Position numbers and translations under genes: made by a program. The notes beneath the pieces were generated by a model. That model did no database searches. It was given only the letters and a program-made list of their open reading frames with translations, and was not told the DNA's origin. Below are positions 57,012-64,000 of a stretch of DNA of 64,000 nt, in pieces. How positions within the stretch are numbered: position 1 is the stretch's first letter; every line of letters begins with the position of its first letter. Location of the stretch: the sequence record OR413575.1; one strand, 5' to 3'.

Positions 57012-57273
57012 AAGCTCTTTATATATGAGCGAATATCACCGCCATTGTTGCTAGCTCACTACAATCTGAAACCTAAATCACTCTCTTAAGTGAGAGTTAA
57101 TGGAACACTGGTTTAAATGTACCAGAGGACGAAAAGCCTCTGTGGGAAAGGCAGCGATGATCGCAGCAGAAGAACCACAAGCGAATGGTAGTCTAGCTTA
57201 GCAAGAAAGGGTTGCTCCCTGATCAGCAAGCGTACCCCGGCCCCGGACTCCGTGGGCTGGGCATTATGCTGTC
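56914..57273 (+). ncRNA. Candidate large structured RNA downstream of phuZ
   Basis: Many nested stems, long-range pairs AACCCT/AGGGTT and GCTAG..ACTAC/GTAGTCTAGC, and a terminal hairpin with TTATGCTGTC tail. Confidence 0.5.
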
Positions 57274-57300
57274 ACATCCTCAGAAGTAAAAATATTACGA

Positions 57301-57320
57301 GTATATATTATCCTAGTGAA
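57301..57320 (+). promoter_or_regulatory. Early promoter
   Basis: GTATATATTATCCTAGTGAA preceded by AATATTACGA. Confidence 0.65.
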
Positions 57321-57336
57321 TCGATTAGGAGTGTAT

Positions 57337-57759
57337 ATGAAAGATGATTATGATTATATCATTAATCGACCAAGTTGGTTGAAGTTAGTTATACAGAAGT
57401 CGGAACGTGCAGGCTGTAAGATAGCTGATGTAGAAGACTTCTTAATAGATTTCCTCACGAACTTAGACATTACGTTAATGTCAGATGCGGAGTTTGGTGC
57501 TTACGACGATTATGAGAAGGATTCGTTCCTGGATTCGTTCTTTGATCAGATGTTAGAGAACTATGCTCAAGGATCGGGAAAGACCGTAGACGAAATAGAG
57601 AACTACGAAGCGTTCCTGTTAGATGTATTATGGTCAGGATGTCTGAGACGAATTATAAAGGACTTTGATAATCGTCTGAGTAATGATGAAGGATATGCGA
57701 TTGAGCGTCTTAGGATCCATTCTAAGAAGGTTATAGTGCAATATATCAAGATGTCCTGA
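57337..57759 (+). CDS. Acidic small protein, array member 1
   Basis: N-terminal YII strand, acidic helices, C-terminal IERLRIHSKKVIVQY. Confidence 0.7.
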   Translation: MKDDYDYIINRPSWLKLVIQKSERAGCKIADVEDFLIDFLTNLDITLMSDAEFGAYDDYEKDSFLDSFFDQMLENYAQGSGKTVDEIENYEAFLLDVLWSGCLRRIIKDFDNRLSNDEGYAIERLRIHSKKVIVQYIKMS

Positions 57760-57829
57760 TACTAAAGGGATTAATTTTTACATAAGTACCTCTTCTATGA
57801 CGAGCATGTAAAGGGGGTTTGGGGGTTAT

Positions 57830-58255
57830 ATGGAAGACGATCAATTATTTATAGTAGTACCAAGTAGTAAGCTAGTTCTAGCTCACGAACTAAGTGATAT
57901 GCCTTATCCATTAATGGGTTATTTAGGCGTAGCAATGAAGTTGTGGTATGTAGGAAATGATGACGGGGATAAAATCTTAGACCCGTATATGTTTTCTCAG
58001 ACTGCGGAAATATACGGTTGCTATTACCAAGGAACTTTATTAGAAGACGTTACTAAACGTTGTGATAAAGATGATTTATTCCTATCCGCAATACAAGACT
58101 TTATTTCATACTGGGATGCTAATAACGATCCTTATAAATACCTTTGCGATATCCGTATCTGTCGCAACAAGGTAGTGTTACTGTTCACGGATAAAGAAGA
58201 AGTTGATTACGAGCCGAAGATCGGTTTTGAATCAGGGAGTCAGGAGGTCGTGTAA
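57830..58255 (+). CDS. Acidic small protein, array member 2
   Basis: LFIVVP...LCDIRICRNKVVLLF. Confidence 0.7.
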   Translation: MEDDQLFIVVPSSKLVLAHELSDMPYPLMGYLGVAMKLWYVGNDDGDKILDPYMFSQTAEIYGCYYQGTLLEDVTKRCDKDDLFLSAIQDFISYWDANNDPYKYLCDIRICRNKVVLLFTDKEEVDYEPKIGFESGSQEVV

Positions 58256-58666
58256 ATGTTACCTGACCATAAACTGCTTGTAGTGATAATCGACATAACT
58301 CGCTTACGCAGATATGCTGGGTATTACTGCAAGTTAGAAGAAGAGGACATAGAGGACCTCATCAAGTATAAATTAGTAAAGGACAATTGTGTTATAGTAG
58401 AAGGGTTTGATCACCGGATGGTCACCGAAAACGTAATTGAAGCATTACAGCAAGTACGTTACGAGGGCGGGATAAACATAAGGCTACCAGCAGGAGTAAT
58501 AAGTGTTGAAGCGTTCACGCTCCGACGTAATTCCATCGTGCTCGAATGCTCGGGATGTGGAGGAGAGTTTAACGCTCTTGGTACCGTACGCGATCAAGAT
58601 ACTTACCTACGATCTCGTGTTTACGGAAAAGCTGAGGGCAGACGAAGTCCAAGACGTCGTTATTAG
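58256..58666 (+). CDS. Acidic small protein, array member 3
   Basis: LLVVIID...VEAFTLRRNSIVLEC. Confidence 0.65.
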   Translation: MLPDHKLLVVIIDITRLRRYAGYYCKLEEEDIEDLIKYKLVKDNCVIVEGFDHRMVTENVIEALQQVRYEGGINIRLPAGVISVEAFTLRRNSIVLECSGCGGEFNALGTVRDQDTYLRSRVYGKAEGRRSPRRRY

Positions 58667-59033
58667 CCTTAGCCGAGCTAGAGATACTTTGGAGTCTGAG
58701 GAAGAATATACTTATCGCGAATTAAGTCTATCTGATCGGGCTGAGTATCTCGAACGAGTAGAAGAAATAATGAGTGATTATTATTTCGATAAACTCACAC
58801 GTGGAATGAACGATGATGAAATAACCCCTGAGTTCTTAGATTCGATACAGGGTAAACTCACTAACTGGATGGACATAGCAGAACTGGTCTGTCGAGCTGA
58901 CTTTTTCGATTCCCTTTACAAATTCGTCAATCGTATTGCGCATGAGGATCAACGTTTGGTCGTCATTGGGATTGAAATTCAGAAAAGAAGAGTGATCATT
59001 GATTATGGGTATGGCACTAGTTGTAGATCTTAA
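58503..59033 (+). CDS. Acidic small protein, array member 4
   Basis: LLVPY...VIGIEIQKRRVIIDY; start probably GTG 58557. Confidence 0.65.
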   Translation: MLKRSRSDVIPSCSNARDVEESLTLLVPYAIKILTYDLVFTEKLRADEVQDVVISLSRARDTLESEEEYTYRELSLSDRAEYLERVEEIMSDYYFDKLTRGMNDDEITPEFLDSIQGKLTNWMDIAELVCRADFFDSLYKFVNRIAHEDQRLVVIGIEIQKRRVIIDYGYGTSCRS

Positions 59034-59499
59034 GCGGTTAGTAATGTATGGCGAGTTGTTTATGGAGCGCTTTGCTCGTGACTATCCAGACTACGCAGAC
59101 CGCGTTTCTTTTGATCGCAGTCGCAGGGATGCTTTGCGTGATTACATCTACAATCGTTTCTGGAATCTACTTGGTGAAACAGCTAAATATGACATGGACG
59201 AATTAGAGGAAGATCTTTATCTCGACAAGTTATTTGAAGGCTGGAAACCTGATTGCTGGTATCATGACAGCAATAAAGAATTAGTAGTAGATGATATGGG
59301 GTCGTTTAAGTTTAACGCTGACGTAGTGGAAGAACTGGACGATAAGCTACAAGTTATCATTTCCAAAGAGAGGCTTTACTTAGGGTTTAGCATATTGGAA
59401 ATGGATATAAGTCGTATTGCCTTAACCATAGACATCTATGGTGATTGGCGAGCGCAACAATGGTGCATTGAAAATGACGAGGAATATATCCCAACGTGA
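59005..59499 (+). CDS. Acidic small protein, array member 5
   Basis: LVVDL...ILEMDISRIALTIDIY. Confidence 0.7.
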   Translation: MGMALVVDLKRLVMYGELFMERFARDYPDYADRVSFDRSRRDALRDYIYNRFWNLLGETAKYDMDELEEDLYLDKLFEGWKPDCWYHDSNKELVVDDMGSFKFNADVVEELDDKLQVIISKERLYLGFSILEMDISRIALTIDIYGDWRAQQWCIENDEEYIPT

Positions 59500-59845
59500 A
59501 CCCGTTCACATTGTCCCGCTAGATTGGATAGTTACCTGGTTTATTACCGCGATACAACGGCTGGATGAGGATGCAGCCTACGCGGTTAATGAAAAAGATG
59601 CCATTAGAATAATGATAGCCGATGCAATGCGTATTGATGAACCATGGGTGGAACGTAAGTATATGGAAATCATTAATCAATACGAAGGGTTTGGGATTGA
59701 CAGTGCTGTAATAATGAAGATCCTAAACCGGGGGGTAGAAAAATTAGAGCGTCGGCTTGATAATGCTGGGGTCCGTTGTGGGCCCCGGTATTCTTTTGAC
59801 TGGTATCATGGATCCAGAAACTTATACATTTACGAGGGGATGTGA
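59438..59845 (+). CDS. Small protein, array member 6
   Basis: VHIVPL...YSFDWYHGSRNLYIY; start uncertain. Confidence 0.6.
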   Translation: MVIGERNNGALKMTRNISQREPVHIVPLDWIVTWFITAIQRLDEDAAYAVNEKDAIRIMIADAMRIDEPWVERKYMEIINQYEGFGIDSAVIMKILNRGVEKLERRLDNAGVRCGPRYSFDWYHGSRNLYIYEGM

Positions 59846-60228
59846 TGATGTACATGATAGATATAAGGAGGAAGTCTAAACGGTTATTAGAGATGTCTAA
59901 TACAGCTAAGCAAGTATACGGTATGGAATTCAACGAGTTTTGTCGATTAGCCTGTATATCTTCTTTAGCTGTTGAAGTTACGCATTTAGACAGTAAACGT
60001 AATCATTATGCAACTGATATGAGTACGTTGAACTACATACGCGATGAAATTTTAAATCATTTAGGAGATGATTATGAAGATAAAGAATACCGTGATCTAA
60101 CGATAATGGTAAGTGTAGCAGGAAACGAAATCCGTAGAGCGACATCCATTATCGATCTACCTAACGAGGAGCTAAGAAACCTAGACGTCAAAGCAGATTT
60201 CTTACGCGGACTAATTTATGCGAGATGA
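59842..60228 (+). CDS. Small protein, array member 7
   Basis: YMIDI...LRNLDVKADFLRGLIY. Confidence 0.7.
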   Translation: MMMYMIDIRRKSKRLLEMSNTAKQVYGMEFNEFCRLACISSLAVEVTHLDSKRNHYATDMSTLNYIRDEILNHLGDDYEDKEYRDLTIMVSVAGNEIRRATSIIDLPNEELRNLDVKADFLRGLIYAR

Positions 60229-60574
60229 AACATATTTGTTATTACCGATTAATCGTCGTTTGCACAGGTATCTCGCCGAAGTTAGGGGAGGTATGTTCGG
60301 AGAACAGTTATTGTCGATGGTACTTACCGGTTTTCTACAGAACATGCTTGTACACGAGTTTGACCTGAAAAAGCATTTGAACGACATTGATTATATCGAC
60401 GGTGTATATGGAAGTGAAGCGCTTGAATTTCGACGTGAGGCATCTATAGCCATTACACGTATGACTATTCGTTACCGTAACCATTTCGATACGAAAAAGG
60501 TTAAAGGTATTAATATTTATAGAGCAACGTTTTCGAAAACAGCGTTGCGGTTTGTATACGAGGTTATATCATGA
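60218..60574 (+). CDS. Small protein, array member 8
   Basis: YLLLPI...IYRATFSKTALRFVY. Confidence 0.7.
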   Translation: MRDETYLLLPINRRLHRYLAEVRGGMFGEQLLSMVLTGFLQNMLVHEFDLKKHLNDIDYIDGVYGSEALEFRREASIAITRMTIRYRNHFDTKKVKGINIYRATFSKTALRFVYEVIS

Positions 60575-61053
60575 ATGGTATAGAAGCAACTTATATCATC
60601 CCAGCCTCAGGATTAAGAGGATTGAAACCTGAGGAGTTCTTTAAAGGGAATTTTGATTTTCTGGACTCTGGTTTTGTAATTGAAACCGCTGTTCAAATGT
60701 ACTTGGATTATTTGATTGATGGTGAGGACGATAACTGGCAATCTGCAGCAGAAGATGCAGTGTTCCGTGAATATATTGGAACTATTAAGTCTATTGCTAA
60801 AGAGATTGTATTCAGAGATAAATCTCCAAGGACAGCGATGGAGAGAGGTAACGGATTATTGGCCGCATCTGACTTGGTCGATAAGTTCATTAACGATATA
60901 ACCAATCATATATCATCCGTGAGTACGTATATCTCTAATTTACCCACTGCGTCTGATTTACAGGAACTCGTTTACCTTACGGAAGGCGAGCTCATTGTAC
61001 AGAACGCATATTTACGCGGGAAGAACATACGGTTTCGTATTGTGGAGGTTTGA
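60571..61053 (+). CDS. Acidic small protein, array member 9
   Basis: YIIPA...VQNAYLRGKNIRFRI. Confidence 0.7.
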   Translation: MNGIEATYIIPASGLRGLKPEEFFKGNFDFLDSGFVIETAVQMYLDYLIDGEDDNWQSAAEDAVFREYIGTIKSIAKEIVFRDKSPRTAMERGNGLLAASDLVDKFINDITNHISSVSTYISNLPTASDLQELVYLTEGELIVQNAYLRGKNIRFRIVEV

Positions 61054-61421
61054 TGGAACCTGACTATGTCGTTCTACCCACGCGGGATTTTATAGACAAA
61101 GTCGGAGATATCTTTAACTATGTACCTGAAACGTTTAACTTCAATGAGGAAATGTTTATAGGCTTTGCAATCGATTCAGTATTTAATGATACGTGGTCAG
61201 ACACACGAGAATTTATAATGAATTGTTTTTCTCATGCCCGTACCACTACCGATGAAGAACGTGAAATGATCCTGGACATTGTCGAGAATAAGTTTATCGA
61301 CGTGTCTGATTCACTCAGGTATAGTTACGATCAATATCGAAGATTATTCAGACCCAGGTGGCGTGTAGATCTGGTTAAGATTAATTGGGCGAGTAAATCA
61401 CTGGTGCTGAAACTATTATGA
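61050..61421 (+). CDS. Acidic small protein, array member 10
   Basis: YVVLPT...LVKINWASKSLVLKL. Confidence 0.7.
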   Translation: MMEPDYVVLPTRDFIDKVGDIFNYVPETFNFNEEMFIGFAIDSVFNDTWSDTREFIMNCFSHARTTTDEEREMILDIVENKFIDVSDSLRYSYDQYRRLFRPRWRVDLVKINWASKSLVLKLL

Positions 61422-61735
61422 ACTCAGTAATATGTATCCAAAGTCAAAGTGTCGGTGTATTGGCGAGTCGTATGCAAGGATTCCTTGTCCGCAATGATCT
61501 ACCCACTACACCTGACTTTTTACAAAAGACCTTCACTGAATTGTTAGAGATCGACTTCATGACATTGAACCCTGTTCAGTACATGCAGTTTTTCCGCGAC
61601 TACCCGCAATCGGATAAGTTATATTTCCGTATTGCGCAACATATCCTCGATGCGTTAGGTGAAGATGTTTCTGTCCGTGCTGTTCAGGTATTGTCTTTAT
61701 CTGGCCCGAATATCACGGTTAGTATCGATCATTAA
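61418..61735 (+). CDS. Small protein, array member 11
   Basis: VICIQ...VQVLSLSGPNITVSI. Confidence 0.65.
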   Translation: MNSVICIQSQSVGVLASRMQGFLVRNDLPTTPDFLQKTFTELLEIDFMTLNPVQYMQFFRDYPQSDKLYFRIAQHILDALGEDVSVRAVQVLSLSGPNITVSIDH

Positions 61736-61745
61736 GGGGAGCCTT

Positions 61746-62162
61746 ATGGAAATCCTGGGCAAGTTCGATTTAGGCGACACTGTCACGTTTCAATTACAAT
61801 CTGGAGCGATGGCGATTATTCCTGATTCGTTCACTCGTTGTGTAGTTAAGTCACGAGTGCTGGCTGAAGATGTAGGTCGTTTCGATATCGATCCTTATAG
61901 CCTTCACCAGTTAGTTTATCCGACACTGACGCCTAACAGCTGTCCGTCTGATCCGGATAAGTATAAGTGGCTAATTATTAAAACACTGAGCGGTAGTACA
62001 TTAGCTATCGGCGAACCATGGGTCAACGTGGATACTATTGAAGCTGTTACGAACACAGGCTTAACTATCTATTGCAGTTCATCTCCGAAGAACGGATTGA
62101 ACTTAGCAAGACAGGTACTTACAGCCAATGGGTTCGTGGTAGCATCTATTGTCCCCGATTGA
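61746..62162 (+). CDS. Conserved phiKZ-like hypothetical protein
   Basis: FDLGDTVTFQL...IGEPWVN pattern recalled just upstream of the DNA polymerase in phiKZ-like phages; terminator at 62173-62196. Confidence 0.65.
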   Translation: MEILGKFDLGDTVTFQLQSGAMAIIPDSFTRCVVKSRVLAEDVGRFDIDPYSLHQLVYPTLTPNSCPSDPDKYKWLIIKTLSGSTLAIGEPWVNVDTIEAVTNTGLTIYCSSSPKNGLNLARQVLTANGFVVASIVPD

Positions 62163-62273
62163 TTCATGTCATAAAGGAGGGCTCGAGCCCTCCTTTATTT
62201 TTTTGTCTCGTTTATTTTTGAGTAATTAACCCATTAGTATAGAGAGAATAAATTTAACCAAAAAGGTTTCAAC

Positions 62274-64000
62274 ATGGCCGCGTTAGTTAATAACCCGTTT
62301 AACCGAAAGGCCTCCGATTATGTCCGTGATATTAACGTAATCGATGGGGCGATAAATCAGTTCGCGATTATGATATCGCGGAGTTACAAGATCAGTTATA
62401 AGGAAGCACGCGACTACGTTGTAGATGAACTGAAGAACGGTTCTAAACGTTTCCGTGATCCTATCATGCGTTACCTCCAACAAGACGAGTTTGAAGACCG
62501 TCATCCGGAGGAAATGAAGTTCAGCCAATATATCCGTAGTGCTGAACGCGATAAGTTGTTAATGGCACCTACGTTTACTCAGATCATTCCACCTGATCGT
62601 AAAGAGTCCATGCTGTCCAGCTATATCAAGGTCAACTTGGCAAAACGTAATGCCGAAAAGAAAGCACAGCTTCAAGCTGCGAACCATGGCGAGAAGTTCA
62701 AAGAGTCTCTCCATAAGAACAACCAGAACAACAAGAAAATCCTGAACAATGCTATATCAGGAAACCATCGTTCTATCCACAGTATTCTGTACGATCGTCC
62801 GGTACACCCGATATTGACATCTTGTTGTCGTATAGCGAACGGATCTGCTAACTCAAACAATGATAGACTGTTGATGGGTAGTCGACATTACTACACGCCG
62901 GATACAGTATTGGCTAACATTGCCTCTATTATAGAGATAACTGATTGGCCGTTGGTAAGACAGGCGGTGGATAAACATAATCTACACAAGCCTACAGTAG
63001 AAGAAACATTAGCCGTTATTAAGCGGTCGACTGACTTATACTGGGTATCGGAACATGCGGGTGGTAACAAACACATCGTCAGGTTTGTAGAATCATTGGA
63101 TGAGTACGAACGAGCTGCTGTTTGTTACATGGGCGACTTGTACCACCTAGCTCAGTTCAACGACAGTGTGATTCGTGAGATTATAGATGCTCTGGTTAAG
63201 GAACCAACTGTTCGTGTCGACAATGACTTTGAATGGTTGAACCATGTTGATGAAGATACTCAGGCGCAGATCAAGGTACGATTCCCTGAGATCGTTGGTA
63301 AAGAACACTTCTGGCATGATGACGTAAAAGCAAGAGATGACTATTGGAAGGTCGGCTCAATGGCTTGTCAGATTTATCAGACGTTAGATAAATATGCCGA
63401 CGTGATTAATGCGTTCCTGATGTCTAAGAACGTCCCGTTCTTAATCAGCGATTTCCCATCAGCAATTCGTCGTGCAGGCGTAGGTTCAGATACTGACTCC
63501 GCAATCTTTACAGTACAGGATTGGGCAATCTGGTATAACGGTAACGATGATGTTACCTACGAAAACATTTTGTTATCGGAAGCCATGGCGTTTATCGTAT
63601 CTGAAACAACCACTCACAACCTGGCGACAATGACAGTTAACATAGGCGTAACTGATGAGAAGGAAATCTTCCGCCTGTCAATGAAGAACGAGTATTTATT
63701 CCCTGTCTTTATGTTAACGTCGCGTGCTAAGCACTATGCCGCATTACAGAAGGTACAAGAAGGAGTAATCTTCGACAAGGCTAAGTTGGAGAAGAAAGGA
63801 GTTGAGTTGATTGCATCTAACTCACCGGAAGGTGTGCGTAATGACTTGGATAGATTGATTCTGGATGCCTTACATAAGCAGGAACGAGGTGAACGGATAT
63901 CGCTACACGAGTACTTAGTGACTGTAGCCGAGTGGGAGCACCGTATATTCGACTCAATTTCAGCAGGTGAAACGATTTACCTGAAAGCAGCCCGTGTAAA
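62274..64000 (+). CDS. DNA polymerase family B, polymerase-domain subunit (phiKZ gp50-like); runs off window end
   Basis: Absent from the ORF track. Manual translation gives MAALVNNPFNRKASDYVRDIN, with motif B-like NQNNKKILNNAISG and motif C RRAGVGSDTDSAIF. Confidence 0.88.
   Translation, partial: MAALVNNPFNRKASDYVRDINVIDGAINQFAIMISRSYKISYKEARDYVVDELKNGSKRFRDPIMRYLQQDEFEDRHPEEMKFSQYIRSAERDKLLMAPTFTQIIPPDRKESMLSSYIKVNLAKRNAEKKAQLQAANHGEKFKESLHKNNQNNKKILNNAISGNHRSIHSILYDRPVHPILTSCCRIANGSANSNNDRLLMGSRHYYTPDTVLANIASIIEITDWPLVRQAVDKHNLHKPTVEETLAVIKRSTDLYWVSEHAGGNKHIVRFVESLDEYERAAVCYMGDLYHLAQFNDSVIREIIDALVKEPTVRVDNDFEWLNHVDEDTQAQIKVRFPEIVGKEHFWHDDVKARDDYWKVGSMACQIYQTLDKYADVINAFLMSKNVPFLISDFPSAIRRAGVGSDTDSAIFTVQDWAIWYNGNDDVTYENILLSEAMAFIVSETTTHNLATMTVNIGVTDEKEIFRLSMKNEYLFPVFMLTSRAKHYAALQKVQEGVIFDKAKLEKKGVELIASNSPEGVRNDLDRLILDALHKQERGERISLHEYLVTVAEWEHRIFDSISAGETIYLKAARV

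Noticed and set aside
56940-57230. Group I intron or hammerhead/HDV ribozyme
   Set aside because: Partial look-alikes (AATTGCG, TCGCAGC) exist, but no P7 or R/S conserved elements and no CUGANGA-GAAA core; it also does not interrupt a gene.
56890-57250. tmRNA: size ~350 nt, plus-strand frame ending ...ANGSLA after ATGATC-GCA, and on the minus strand GGGGCCG...CAGTTCCACC
   Set aside because: No T-arm (no TTCRA loop with a 5-bp stem) on either strand, and the minus-strand acceptor stem has a mismatch and overlaps phuZ codons. Kept only as an unassigned structured RNA.
62283-63076. Short minus-strand ORFs at the right end
   Set aside because: The real gene is the plus-strand DNA polymerase that runs off the window.
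1-64000. CRISPR array, tRNA genes, reverse transcriptase/DGR, integrase
   Set aside because: No regularly spaced direct repeats, no cloverleaf with T-loop consensus, and no RT or integrase motifs found by eye. tRNAscan-SE and CRISPR finders would confirm.

Overview
This window is a 64-kb segment of a phiKZ/SPN3US-like jumbo myophage genome (Chimalliviridae-type). The assignment rests on gene content and order; the exact phage and host cannot be determined from sequence alone, and chimallin itself is not in the window. Recognisable core genes are a collagen-repeat tail-fibre gene (partial, left edge), thymidylate synthase, a 1209-aa GH8-like protein, a GH19 endolysin, tail tube and tail sheath, three virion proteins, the large terminase, an HD-domain protein, a secreted lytic transglycosylase, a CYTH-like protein, the PhuZ/TubZ tubulin and the polymerase half of the split family-B DNA polymerase (partial, right edge). 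Between these lie accessory cassettes driven by about ten copies of a phiKZ-type early promoter (TATATATTACTTAAGTGAA) and closed by GC-rich terminators, often with a UUCG loop. The most unusual elements are: a ~350-nt densely structured, largely non-coding element after phuZ; a tandem array of 11 divergent acidic small proteins between phuZ and the DNA polymerase; two promoter-to-terminator non-coding units near the terminase, one with an SD-sequestering leader for a 21-aa peptide; two short 'empty' cassettes sharing TGG(A/G)GAGTAAC; a split GH8 glycanase; and an active/inactive HslV-like gene pair. No tRNA, CRISPR array, intron or reverse transcriptase was recognised. All homology calls come from motif recognition and recalled synteny, not database searches.
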